From: Podarcis filfolensis
Lineage: Eukaryota
Reading direction: 5' to 3' (one strand)
DNA length: 64,000 nt
NCBI GenBank assembly: GCA_964270895.1
Contig: OZ185435.1
Shown: positions 1-12,523 of the stretch, piece after piece
Layout: every line of letters begins with the position of its first letter
How positions within the stretch are numbered: the stretch's first letter is position 1
Notes under the pieces: generated by a model
What the model was told of the DNA's origin: nothing
The model's input: only the letters and a program-made list of their open reading frames with translations
The model's database searches: none
Made by a program: the position numbers and the translations under genes

Positions 1-1328
1 TATGCAAGGGAACTAACTAGATGCAACCTTAAGAGGCTTGCTTTGATCTTTTGAGCCAGTTCTTGCTCAAAAAAGCCAGCTAGAGGTTGTGTTAGAGAGA
101 CATTTCTGGCCATAGGTCAGCCAGTTCTTGTGCAGATACCACATGTACACATAGGAAGCACAGTATTCAGAAGCCCTTTACCCTGTGAGCACATCCCAGA
201 GCACACATCAGTTGCACTTCAATTCTGTTGCCAGCAGGTGCGCACAACTGGCATGCCAATGCTCTGCTGCACAACAGTGCACACAGCACATGCAATATTT
301 AAAGCATGAAGCTCCCCACATGTAAAATTGACATGAGTAAGGCCTTTCCCAAGACCTGTGGCACATGGATTGAGGAATACCCAACTATCTCTGAAGTCAC
401 TTTGTGAGATCAGAGCAAAGCACTTTGCCACACATTGGTTTGCAAAGGAGCTGAGCTGTGTGGCAAAATGGTATTTCATTTGACCTAGGAAATTCTGCAC
501 TCGGATAGTTTAACTGCTGAGGGTATTGTTTAGGGAAATCCAGCGGTGACCAAAACACAGGCAAAGTCAGAAGATCAGAGTATGTACATGTTTGCGTGCT
601 TAGAGTAAAATACCTTGTTAATCCAGAGCCCTGGGGAGATGAGCAATTCAAATAGCTCAGAAATTGGCTAATGCTGCTTTAGTTTGGGGATTTATCTGCT
701 GCTGTCTTTTGAAATAATTTGAAATGATTAGGGGCTTCACCCCTGTTGTCTTGCTCACCAAACCCACTCACTCACCAGCCCTGCCAGCCCCACCAGCCCC
801 TACTCCCTTGTCAACCCCCTTCCCTTTACAACTTACATCCCAAAAAGCCATTCCCCTCACAGCTTGCCCCAAATACCCCTCTCTTTACATCCCACCAGCC
901 CCTCTCTTTCCCTTCACATCTTGTCACTTGAATGGGGAATAAATGGAAGAAAATATTTTCTCTCCTTCATCATCCCCCCACCCACAACTGCTGCTGTGGG
1001 AACGAGAGACAAAAAAAATCTTGCTTTTAAAAATACAGGCTTCCTTCTCTCTTCTGAGGTTGCAGCAGAGGCAGATTGAGGGTGGCACGGCCAGCTCCAC
1101 CTCACGGAGCCTCGGGGGTGCCACAAGACATTACAGCTATGAGATAGTGAAATGAGCAGAAAGGAAGGTGTGTAGGAGGCACCAACTTTTGGACTTGAAC
1201 AGGTGCCACTGAAATTTAGAAGTCCAAAGTCTATCCCTGGCTGCAGTAGCGATTCCAGATGGTGTGGATCACATTCCAGAAGAATACTGATAGTTCTAAA
1301 CCCCAGAAGCAAACATTTTTGCCATGAA

Positions 1329-1655
1329 GGGCCGTAGCTCAGTGGCAGTACAGTTGTACCTTGGTTGTCGAACGCCTTGGTACTCATATGTTTCGGTTCC
1401 TGAACGTGAGTGTTCCGATATGTTTCTGCTCCAGACGTGAGTGTTACGGTTCTCAAACTTTTTTTGGAAGCCGAATGTCTGATGCACAATCGGAAGCCAA
1501 TCAGAAGCCGCGCCTTCATTTCCAAACATTTCAGAAGTTGAACAGATTTCCGGAACACATTCTGTTCGAAAACCAAGGCACGACTATATCTGCTTTATAT
1601 GTAGATTCAATCTCTGGCATCTCCAAGGAGGTCTGGAAAAGTCCCATCTGAAACC
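1329..1655 (+). mobile_element. tRNA-headed squamate SINE (Squam2-like, name unconfirmed), interrupted by a MITE
   Basis: A-box head GGGCCGTAGCTCAGTGGCAGTA (1329-1350) resumes at about 1587 as TATCTGCTTT...TTCAATCTCTGGCATCTCCA...GGAAAAGTCCC; same family as 29370-29580. Confidence 0.7.
1351..1586. mobile_element. Tc1/mariner-superfamily (Tigger/pogo-like) MITE
   Basis: Imperfect TIRs CAGTTGTACCTTGGTT / AACCAAGGCACGACTA with TA on both sides; internal block shared with 25430-25678 and 29866-30518. Confidence 0.8.
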
Positions 1656-2654
1656 AGTTTTCTTTTTTTTTTAAAAAAAAACAACAACAAACCATTCGAT
1701 CGAATTTGACTCCTATGATACCTCCTTGGTTGGTTGACAAAAGCAATTTTTGCAGCAGAAAACAAATTAGCGTCACTGTGTTTTATTTTATCCCATTGTC
1801 TTGTTCTCCAAGATTAAAACAAGACAGCCTCCTGCATTTGTGGAGAAAAGATAAGAAAAGAAATCTGGACTGGACTATTGGAGGTTAGTAATTGATAAAG
1901 AACTTTGAAGACAAAGCAATTCATGGGTCAGCAGTATTTATGGTTAGTGAAAATTTGGAGGCCGGGCGCAGTTTTAAATGGATACAATGATACTGAATAT
2001 TATGCTAATTTACACCAGCCCCATGACTTCAAAAATCAAGCGCCAAGTCTTTCATCATTTGCCAGAGGTACCGATACCAAGACCCTGCTTTCAAATGATG
2101 AGTTGTCTGCTTTTATCATTTGGAAAGACTCATGTAATGACTCATTTAATGAGCTCCCAGCTTCTTGATATTCAGGTGCTGGTTTATAAATCTGCAGATA
2201 GCCACCCTGTTGCTGGCCTATCACTTTTTACAATTCCTGGGATGTTACAGACGTTGCCAAAATAATTTGGCAAACTGTTTCTTCCCCAATGTTGAAGTCT
2301 GTCATTTTGAAGCATTTGCATTTCATGCAGATCTTTTGACAGTGTCACCCATGTCCATGTGCTCTACAAGCAACATTTCCAGCTTTTGAGAGGAGCAGGA
2401 AATAACTCTCCGGTTAGAGAATTTTTTTGGGGAACTGGATTCATAGAACAGATATGCCTTGTGGGGGTGTGAATGTCACGTGCCCCTTTTAAAAATGGTT
2501 CATCCCTTATTTTTAGGACATTGCAGCCTCATAAACATAAAGATTACATACTGTGTTATTTCACAGTCCTTAGCTTCTACTAAACATTATGAAACAGCTA
2601 CCAGTAGCTGTTATTATTATTATTTTTTACACTTCCCTTGCAATTTCCGCAGTG

Positions 2655-2978
2655 CCATATAAAGTACTTGCAAGAGCTGTCACATGGAGGATGGAGCAAG
2701 CTCCTTTTTTCATGCTCCACAGGCTAGAACCTGAACCAATGGATTCAGGTTACAAGAAAGAAAATCCCAACTAAACATAGGAAAAACTTTCTGAGAGTCA
2801 GAGCTGTTCAACAGTGGACCAGACTCCCACAAGAGGTGGTGGACTCTCCTTTGTTGCAGGTTTTTAAGCAGAGGTTGGATGGCGACCTGTCATGTACGAT
2901 CTAGTTGAGATTTCTGGATTGCAGAGGGTTGATTTGGATGACCCTCAAGGTCCCTTCTGATTCTACAGTTCTATGATT
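2655..2978 (+). mobile_element. CR1 LINE 3' end (degenerate)
   Basis: Matches the CR1 ORF2 C-terminus and 3' UTR (GGATTCAGGTTACAAGAAAG...GTGGTGGACTCTCC...GGTCCCTTC), ending in TTCTACAGTTCTATGATT. Confidence 0.85.
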
Positions 2979-2986
2979 ATATATAT

Positions 2987-3360
2987 GATGTGGGTGGCAC
3001 TGTGGTCTAAACCACTGAACCTCTTGGGCTTGCCGATCAGAAGGTTGGCAGTTCAAATCCCTGTGATGGAGTGAGCTCCCGTTGCTCTGTCCCAGCTCCT
3101 GCCAACCTAGCAGTTTTAAAGCATGCTAGTGCAAGTAGATAAATAGTTACCGCTGCGGAGGGAAGGTAAATGGCGTTTCCATGCACTCTGGCTTCCATCA
3201 CGGTGCACCAGAAGTGGTTTAGTCATGCTGGCCACATGACCCAGAAAGCTGTCTGGGGACAAACACTGGCTCCCTCAGCCTAAAAGCGAGATGAGTGCCG
3301 CAACCCCATAGTCGCCTTTGACTGGACGTAACCATCCAGGGGTACTTTACCTTTTTTTAC
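2987..3360 (+). mobile_element. Sauria SINE (Squam1), full length
   Basis: tRNA-related head GTGGCACTGTGGTCTAAACC...GGTTGGCAGTTCAAATCC, Sauria body, ACCTTT-type tail; reverse complement of 43080-43431. Confidence 0.9.
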
Positions 3361-3853
3361 TGGTGAAGGATGAGAAAAACACAAGTTCATTGACAGTCCA
3401 AGAGTATTTATTTAAAATAATTTCATACTCCTTCTGTTGGAAAAACCCTTCAGGTGGCTATCATTTATAATAAAAGCAAATTAATAATGCAGCATGCCTT
3501 AAAAAGAATTAAAATACAGATAAAATTAGAAAAAAACATAAAACTAATATTAAAAGATCTCTGAATATATTTTTGACTTGCACTTCATGGTCCAAATGCT
3601 ATTAGCATGGTGTGCTAGTAGAAGCCAGCACAAGGACTCCCACTAGTGCAATGGGGGTTTTCTATCCTCTATTAAAACTAGCCGCTTCAGCTGAGTTACA
3701 TTGAAATTCTTAAAGATGAGATGGTTTAAGAGAAGTTCATATTACGGTTTTTGGAGACAGGTGCATTTAATTCATTTCTACATGAAAACTGCATTCCTTA
3801 ACTAAGCGCATATCTTATTTAAGCATATAATAGCACAGTCCAGGGGTCCTGAA

Positions 3854-4090
3854 CAGTGGCATAGCAAGGGGTTCCGGTGCCCAGGGCGGGCAAGCTACTG
3901 ACACCACCGGAAGCACCCACCCTGAGCCAAGCAGGACCACACTGCACAGTCTGTCTGTCTGTCTGCCTGTCCATGCAGTGTGGAGCCCGGCTGGCCAACA
4001 ATGCCCACAGAGAGGAGTACTGGTTGCCCCTTGCCCAACTCCCTCCCTCCGCACCTGCTCACTGTGGGCCTGAGCTGCTCTGCCACATTC
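3854..4090. mobile_element. degenerate hAT-like non-autonomous element
   Basis: Starts CAGTGGCATAGCAAGGGG, similar to the TIR of 62997-63175; right TIR and TSD not clear. Confidence 0.35.
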
Positions 4091-4220
4091 ACTAGGGTGG
4101 AGTGGGGATCCCCGTGGAAGCTGGGTGTTTTCCTCTTACCCTTCATTTTGGCCTTTGTGGCCTTTTAATTCTCCACATATTGATTGCAATGGAGCCACAT
4201 TACTGCATTACATTTTAAAA

Positions 4221-4829
4221 GGTAAAGGACCCCTGACAGTTAAGTCCAGTCATGAACGACTCTGGGGTTGTGCACTTATCTCGCTTTATTGGTCGAGAGA
4301 GCCGGCGTACAGCTTCCGGGTCATGTGGCCAGTATGACTAAGCCGCTTCTGGTGAAACCAGAGCAGCGCACGGAAATGCTGTTTACCTTCCCACAGGAGC
4401 GGTACCTATTTATCTACAGTGGTACCTCTGGTTGTGAACGGGATCCGTTCTGGAGACCCATTCACAACATGAAAAGAGCGCAACCCGCAGTGGCGCGTCT
4501 ACGCATGCGTGGGTTGCGATTTGCCACTTCTGCACATGTGCACGACATCATTTTGTGCGTCTGTGCATGTGCGAGTGGCGAAACCCAGAAGTAATGCTTT
4601 CCGGTACTTCCGGGTCGCCACAGGACGTATCCTGAAAGAACGTAGCATGAAGTGGACGTAACATGAGGTATGACTGTACTTGCACTTTGACGTGCTTTCG
4701 AACGCTAGGTTGGCAGGAGCTGGGACCGAGCAACGGGAGCTCATCTGTCATGGGGATTCAAACCACCAACCTCCTGATCGGCAAGCCCAAGGCTCAGTGG
4801 TATACATCACAGCGCCACCCGCGCCCCTC
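4221..4829 (-). mobile_element. Sauria SINE interrupted by a MITE
   Basis: Colinear with 43080-43431 apart from the 4417-4676 insert; near-perfect TSD CATTACATTT(T)AAAA at 4206-4220 and 4830-4843. Confidence 0.92.
4417..4676. mobile_element. Tigger/pogo-like MITE nested in a Sauria SINE
   Basis: Termini CAGTGGTACCTC / GAGGTATGACTG; TA duplicated at 4415-4416 and 4677-4678; the empty site TTTATCTACTTGCAC is seen in the 43080 copy. Confidence 0.9.
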
Positions 4830-5175
4830 CATTACATTTAAAATGGGCTAAATTAAGATACCGAGAGGTGAGACATTTTCCTGTGTCTTGGAATTGCTCA
4901 GAAAAATGTTCCCAAATCTTGTCATGGGACAGATTTTGGATCATTTCTGAATTAAGGTGATATGAACCTGGAGAGTTTACCCATCTTTACTTGAACAGAG
5001 CATCACTGACTTCTGCACCTTGAATCTGTTTCATAATCTGGTGCTTCTGAACTCGACTCCTCAGATTTCCAAGTTACCCTTTTGCTGCAATTTACAGATA
5101 ATGGTAAGGTGAGGGGACTGTCTTTTTGAGCATATACAGTACCTATCCCATTACCACCAAGTCAGACTCAAGCTG

Positions 5176-5348
5176 TGCACAAGACTTTTAAAGCTCATTT
5201 GAAGGAATTTCTTTCACTCAAAGAATTCTGGGCACTGTACTTTACCCCTCACAGAGTTATAATTCCCAGCAACCTTTAAGAAACTACAGTTCCCAGAGTG
5301 CTTTGAGGGAGAGAATCTGCTTCAAATGTGCTTTAAAGGTACTGTGAA
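5176..5348. repeat. fold-back element (long imperfect inverted repeat, probable MITE)
   Basis: Arms of about 68 bp: TTTAAAGCTCATTTGAAG...CTGGGCACTGTAC pairs with CTACAGTTCCCAG...CTTCAAATGTGCTTTAAA. Confidence 0.7.
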
Positions 5349-7026
5349 TACAGAGACTTATTGCCACCAGGACACTTAGGGCTTCCAAGCAGACCGCATA
5401 CCCTGCCTCCTTTTCTGTTTCTGAATTAAGTATGGCCTTCGTGCTTGGATCTCAATAGCAGCCAGGTTTTTGTTTCCTCCTTTTATACTGGCTGTTTGGG
5501 ATTCTGCCAGAACAGCTTGCCTGCCTGCAGCTTTCCATTTGCTTTTTCGAATGGCTGCCTTTTAATGGCTGAGCCCTTCACACATGCTCAGTAGCACATC
5601 CAGGACATCCGCCTCTTAATTGTAAAGGAACATCTGCTTAATGCATTGGGAGAGGAAGCATGTGACTGGTTGTAAAGGCAGAAAATGTGCCGTTGAGGGG
5701 TCTGGATCCATTCCACACTCTCCCTAGCATATTAAACAGTTCCGGTTCTATTAATCTCACAACGCAGCTTTAATAAATGGCATTATGCTTATGGTCATCA
5801 GCAGCAAGGTCATCTGCCAAGTGCAAGGACTTCATGATGAACAATATATACCTTTTCCAATACCTGGCCCATTTAAGCACCATTATAATTTATCTAAATC
5901 CATTTTAAATGGAAAGGTTATAACGCCTGGAGGGTGTACGTTTTAACAACTGGCAGCCAGCACCAAAGTTTTAATATAGTTTGGGAAATTATATTAGTTC
6001 CATTTTTTTATATCAAAATATATGCTCATTTCCAGGAGAGCCCTAAAGCATATTTATTATTTTCAACTGTTAACATTTAGGATAGATCTTGCTATGGGTT
6101 TTCATAGAAATAATTATTGCATTTATTGACTAAAAATGCCATCCGGTTTTGGGAGGTTTCATTACACTGTATTGATGATTACATTATTTTCTGCATTTAC
6201 TGGCAGACCTCTGCAGAGGAGAGTTTTTGAACACAGAAAAACAATCAGGTTCCTATTAAAAGTTTGGAAAGAAGGATTATTTTTTTGGGGGGGGGAGACA
6301 CTTTTAAGGCAAGGTGAGTCTTGTTCAGAATGGTATGTCTGCAGGGGAACTGTTACCAAAAGAAACAAAGTGGTCAGTTGGGGAAAGATCAACATATCTT
6401 GGGTGCAATGGTACAGCTAAGTAATTTGGGACTCTGGACTTAATGGCGTAATGGAGGGCTCCTTTAGAGGACAGGTAATATTTCAGTTATTACAATTAAC
6501 CATTTCTCTTCTGTCCCCCATGCTTTTCAATTGCTTCTACATTCCCGGTATATTAAAATAAAGAAAATGCTCTGAGCGTGTGCAGTTGTTTAAAACTCCC
6601 TTAAATTTTTAGCCCATTGAAGCTACATGAAGCAAATGTTTTGCAGTAGAAAAGGATAATATATCTGTAAAAACAATAAAATAAAATGAACATCTGTAGT
6701 CATGTAAATGTACTGGTTGGCTACCCCCCAAATTTTCCCCCTTCAAATAATAATAATAATAATAATAAGAATTATAAAAATGACTAGCACCAGGGCTACT
6801 GGTCACTGTCCCCATCAGCTGCTACTCTGTGAGTAGTCATTTGGAAGCCCCCTGAGCTGCAGGGCCATGGACTTCTGCACTGAAACCTGGATGATGTCAT
6901 CACCCTTTACCGATGTCACACAGGGTTCAGAGAATTGGGGAGAGTGGGTTGAATAGCAGCTGAATCTGCTGTTGGCCAGTCTATGATGCTGCTTAAGTCT
7001 CCTTTGTCGTCCAGCAATGCTGAGAT

Positions 7027-7260
7027 GCCAACATGGTATAGTGGTTAAGAGTGGTGGACTCGTAATCTGGTGAACCGGGTTCGCTCCCCCACTCCCCCAC
7101 ATGCAGCTGCTGGGTAGTCACACTTCTCCGAAGTCTCTCAGCCTCACTCACCTCACAGAGTGTTTGTTGTGGGGGAGGAAGGGAAAGGAGATTGTTAGTC
7201 ACTTTGAGACTCCTTAAAGGGAGTGAAAGGTGGGATATCAAGTCCAAACTCTTCTTCTTC
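7027..7260 (+). mobile_element. tRNA-CORE SINE (Squam3/MIR-related)
   Basis: A/B boxes TGGTATAGTGGTTAAGAG...GGTTCGCTCCC, L2-like tail and (CTT)n end; highly similar to 19704-19970. Confidence 0.88.
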
Positions 7261-8997
7261 TGAGGAAAATCAGCTAAACATTCTGTATGTGGGAGATCCG
7301 TGAATTTCAGCGCCAAGGTGACACGTCAAGCAACTCCTGAAAAAGCCAAATTCCCCATTGGACGTGTTCTTTAGAACATCCCATGTGAGCATGGCAATCA
7401 GCGACCCCTGGGGAGCATGATAGGAGGGTGACTGAAGCCAAGAACAAGCCGGCTGGCAATGTCATCATAAGGTGGCACTGGCAAGAGGGGGAAACCAGTT
7501 TGCTGAGTGTTATAAAAACAGCATTTGGAATGCTGAGAAGAAATCCATGGGTGAACGGAGCCCTTTCTTGGCTATTGTTGGGTGTGGTAGGCAATGGGAC
7601 TCAGAATAGCCTGTCGCCATCCTGGAGGCTGATGGTGCTATTCTGGGAGCAGAGCCACTTGAGCTCATTTGGGATCATTGTGGACTATGTAAGAAGAATA
7701 CATAGAAAGACAGTAGAACAGCTCTGATGTTTAGGGTGGCATTCGTCGCCAAATCCATCTCAAATCAATCATACTCAAAGTTCCACCATCTTACAAGCAG
7801 AATCATAGGCCAAACCAACAATGCAATCAAATGCTTAACTTTATATATCCTTCTGGCACTGAACACCAAGCATTAGAACATTCATCACTCTACTTGTGCT
7901 ATCAAGTGTAATTAAAGAATCTCTAAGGTAACAACTTGTTGTTGCTCTCAGCCACAATAGGATTACTCAGTAGGATGACTATTTTTTAAACTCAATAGGA
8001 TATAAACATTTTTCACTTGTTCTGTTCTCAGCATGGTTTTCTTGAAGCCCAAGAGATTTAAAGTTGATCAAATATTACTCAGAGTACTGACATTTCTTAG
8101 TTCCAATTTGCACATACAGAAAATAACTGAAACATGCATTATGTGGGACCACTGCAGTGCTTTCTCCCACAACACTAACCAATTTGGCACTGTCATGTAC
8201 ATGTCTGATTGAAATTGTCATAGATTATGTGTTTGTTGTAACTGCTGCAGATATTACACATTCAAACCCACAACTTTGCAAGATCACAACACAGTAGTCA
8301 CTTTTTTAAAAAGTGTCTCTTCTCTTGGACTAGAGATGCATTATTAAAATATAGCCTGAAACATCTCAGAAGATGTATGCTATAACTACAAACTTCCATT
8401 TTAACTGTGATATATGTTCTTCAAGGGGATTTTGCATTCAACGCAAGTAGTTGTTAATCTAACCAGAATAATCACATAAAACTGACAATTAATTTCCATG
8501 GTGAAGTTTCTCTGTCCAAAGCAGGTGTGGTGTGGTAAATTTTCGATCTTTTAACTCTTAACCTAAAAGCCTCCAGGTGTTAGATAGAATTCCTTGGAAT
8601 AAATTCAGGACTGCCACTCTCAATTGCTGAAATGTCACACTAAAGAATCTCTAGGATGGTAATCAAGCCAAAATGTTTCATTCTTAAAATACAGCATGCA
8701 ACATTAGCCACAACTCTGTTTCAAACAGCTCAGGAAATTCAACTGCAACATACACTCAATTTAGTTACCTCAATACTCATCCTTGGTAAGAGGAGAGAGC
8801 TATCCCACCTTGTAAAATGGCAGGGTTTATGTGTTAGACAAGTCTTCTAATCAAATACCTGGTATTTGATTATGTTGTTGTGTGGCTATTTCCATGGTTT
8901 GTCACTGGGGAGGTCTGTCTGAAACATCCCACCCCTAAGGTTCCTGTACTATAGAGGTGGAGAATCTGTGGCCCTCCAGATGTCATCATCATCATCA

Positions 8998-9131
8998 ATT
9001 AATTTCTATACCATCCTTCATCTGAGGATCACAGGACAGTTTACAATATAAAAACACATAAACACATAGCATAATAATAAATGAGGAAATACCCCCCTGG
9101 TTTAAAAGGATATGGATTGTTTAATTAGCCA
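8998..9131 (-). mobile_element. L2 LINE 3' tail fragment
   Basis: TTTCTATACCATCCTTCATCTGAGGATCACAGGACAGTTTACAA resembles the reverse complement of the L2 tail at 58730-58785. Confidence 0.55.
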
Positions 9132-9294
9132 TTTAGGCATGTTTAATGATGTTCAGCATTATGCAATAAGTATAGGTCCTTTGAGGGGAAGTGCAGGATA
9201 CACATTTAATACATAAATTAATAAATCACACAAGTGAGACACATATGACACCTGGGGTCAACGGAGACTATGTGTCTGGAAGAGAAACTTGTGC

Positions 9295-9790
9295 CATAGA
9301 ATCCTAGAATTGTAGAGCTGGAAGAGACCCTGGGGGCCATCTAGTCCAACCTCCTGCAGTCAACAAAAGCATCCGTGACAGAGGGCCATCCAACTTCTGC
9401 TTGAAAACCTCCAAGGAAGGAGAGTCCACTTCCTCTCGTGGGAGTCTTACTGTCAAAAAGTTCTTCCTGATGTTTAGTCGGAATCTCCTTTCTTGTAACT
9501 TGGTTCGGATCCAGCTTCCAAAGCAGGAGAAAACAAGCTTGCTCCATCCTCCATGTGACAGCCCTTGAGATATATCATATCTCCTCTTTTCCAGGCCAAA
9601 CATACCCTACTTCCTCATAAGGGTTGGTTTCCACACCCTTGACCATCTTGGTTGCCCTCCTCTGCACATGTTCCACCTTGTCAATATCCTTCTTAAATTG
9701 TGGCACCCAGAACTGGGCACAGTATTCTAGGTGTGGTTTGAGCAAGGCAGAATAGAGCCGGACAACATCCATTCTGTTCACTACTTGGGT
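9295..9790 (-). mobile_element. CR1 LINE 3' fragment
   Basis: Minus-strand peptides [41 protein letters not shown] and KLQERRFRLNIRKNFLTVR...SPSLEVFKQKLD (CR1 ORF2 C-terminus); ATTCTAGGATTCTATG tail. Confidence 0.93.
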
Positions 9791-10548
9791 GGCTGCAGAT
9801 TAAGCCCATCATAGAAATATATAGATAAAATTACAAATAATTGGCCACTATCCCTAAATTACTAAACTCAGGTCTTCAATATCCCTTCCCTTTGATGGGA
9901 CGTTATATAGCCAGTAATTTAAAAATGAATGGAAGACTAATTAAAATATCTATTTGTTAACAGCCTTTGTTTTCCACCCTTACATATCACATTTATTGCA
10001 CTCATATAACTTGATGGTGTCTCTGCATGTGTGCGTGTTTGGAAGTTTTTCAAGTAAACAATTTACTTGCACTTCAACTTGATTATGGGAGGAAAGGCAT
10101 CTATTCAATGGGGTTTACCACATCTGTGGTCTGAAATCTCTTCCGAGATAGAGTGTCAGCTCTGTTAGGATAAATAAAATTCAGGATTCTGAGAAGCATT
10201 CTGGGCAAGGAGCCAAGGAGAAAATTTCTATGAATTAACAGAATAGACATCTCTCATTTCTGAGATAATAAATGAAACCCTTTGTTAAGGAAACTTTTAT
10301 TCACTTCAAATAGATTGACTAATAATTCGTGGGCCAACAATTGCAAACAACATAAAAGACAAGGGAGAAAAGAAAAGTCCTCCACTATGTTCTACGTTTT
10401 GGATCCAGTAACCACTCAGAAGCTGCAGGTTTCACAGAACTAACAATATACATCTCTTATGCATCTGGTTGTGGCAAAAGCAGAGGTCTTTCCTGGCAGT
10501 AATTGTCTACCAATTCAATTAGTGTTGCGCCAGAGTATTGGCTCAGGC

Positions 10549-10550
<2 letters not shown>

Positions 10551-10587
<37 letters not shown>
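10551..10587. repeat. (GT)n microsatellite
   Basis: Direct TG repeat. Confidence 0.98.
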
Positions 10588-10589
<2 letters not shown>

Positions 10590-11470
10590 TTTGGGGGTGG
10601 GGCAAAAAGGCCCTGAAAGGTTGTTGTTTTATGATCTGAAGAGTTGGGAGAAATTCTCTTGTTCTTTGGGGTGGGGTGGCCTACCGTCATAGAGATAACC
10701 AATGCCACAGCCTTGTATATATTAGCACTGTATATATTAGAAGAACTAATACCTATATTAGAGTATATCCCTGACCAATTGGCCATGGAATAGGGGCTGA
10801 TGAGTATGGTAGTCCAACAACACCTGGAGGCTACCCTTGTTTTATAGTATCATTTGTCACTGAACAATACTCAATGAGAAATGCTCTCAGGCTGCTCCTT
10901 ATTATAACTTCACTACAGTTTACAACAGGGGTAAAGCTTTCTTTACAGGGGTACGTGTGTAACCCTCTGCCTTGTGTCTTATCCTCAAAAAAAGAAAAGA
11001 AGTACCGGTAGTTCTCTGAACCTTCCCTAAAGTTGAAGGAGGGCCTTCTCGGTTGTGAAGCCTATCAGATGGAGTGATCTCCCTCAGGCAGGCACCAACT
11101 GTGGTGGGTTTCTGCCATCAAATATATATTTGCTTACCCACTGTTTTCTTATCCACTAGTACCAGTCTCTAGTGTCTTGATTACTGTGAAGTTCTATGAG
11201 TTGGATTTTTATTGAGTCAGGGGTGCTAACTTGAATAAAATACTTGGGTGGGGACAGGTTAGTGACAAGACACGACACACACACTCCATTTGAAAGGCAA
11301 TGCCCATCAACTTTGGGGGAGCCCAGACCCCCTCAAATATTTTATTTGGGGGATTATAGGCACCTTGATCCCTAGAGTTGGCTCCTATGTACTGAGTAAA
11401 GTTTCCTGTTTATGGTATGAAATGATTTGGTATTTTCTTTGCAAAGGATCAGTGGTAAAGAAATCTTTTA

Positions 11471-11510
11471 AATCAATCAATCAATCAATCAATCAGTCAG
11501 TCAGTCAGTC
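11471..11510. repeat. (TCAA)n/(TCAG)n tetranucleotide repeat
   Basis: Direct compound repeat. Confidence 0.95.
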
Positions 11511-12027
11511 AATTGCTTCCAAAGTGCCCCCTCCTTTTGTGGGAGGTAAGCAGTCATGTGAAAGAGTGGGGGGGGGGTGCAGGGAGGGGGAAAGGATCTG
11601 CAGACCAGCACTAATTTCAATACAAAATTTCTGCATAACCTCTTAATGGTGTTGATACAATGCCAGACCCAGGGGTAGTCCTGGTAACATTTTAGATGCA
11701 AGCAAAACCATATTTCTTCCAAATCACTTTGAAAATGGCCATACTGCATTACACATGTCTTAACATCTTTGAAAAGGAAGGACCAGGATATAAAATATTT
11801 GCAAAGTACCTAGGTTATGTATGGCAAGAAAGTGCCTTCATTTAGGATATGGACCCTGATTTAGCAAGGATGAGCTGTGCAGGGAAAGCTGCGAAGATTG
11901 CTGCCCTTCATCTGTGTGAATCTAACTCTGCTTCAGGGCAAAGCTATATGTTTGACAACAAATGCAGTGATAGCTTCTGACATGCAAATCAAGGGTATTT
12001 ACAGGAGAGAAGAAGCAGATGGAATTA

Positions 12028-12365
12028 GCAATGGGGGAGAAATTTGCTTCAGTTTGCATTTAAAGGTGAACCTACCCAGTTCACACATTCTGAAACAAAA
12101 CACAGCCCTCTTTCAAAATTCACACTTCTCAAAATTTTACACGGCGGTTCTCCAGTCAAATAATGTATAGAAAAATACATGCACTAGGATGACGTGTGTA
12201 TAAAGTCTCATATATTTGTTTTTAAAAAACCAGCCAAGATGGGCAAAAGTGCATATAAATATGTTTATATAAGGATACATTTGTACTAAAATATTGATGG
12301 ATATTCATGAGGACTTAGAGATAATTCCAAACGGATGTGGAAATGTAAGCTAAAATTAAACCCCA
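12028..12365 (+). mobile_element. AT-rich non-autonomous DNA-transposon-like repeat
   Basis: CAGTTTGCATTTAAAGGTGAACCTACC...GGATGTGGAAATGT; its right part is shared, in reverse complement, with 56258-56540 (ACATTTCCACATC). Confidence 0.45.
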
Positions 12366-12523
12366 TTGGATTCTTCTGGAGTAAGATGCCCTGAACATAA
12401 CTTTAAGAACCCAGAATTCGAGGTGATGCAAGTCTTGTGGTGCTCTATTTGTGATGGCTCATTTGCACATACAAGTCATCACTTGATGGCACAGTGATCA
12501 AGTGATGAATCTATGTGCATTAA

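Noticed and set aside
914-1576. 220-aa minus-strand ORF
   Set aside because: It runs through a MITE and a SINE head, with no recognisable domain or splice support.
1960-1972. Alu-like start GGCCGGGCGCAG
   Set aside because: Only about 11 bp match, with no Alu body; the genome is non-primate.
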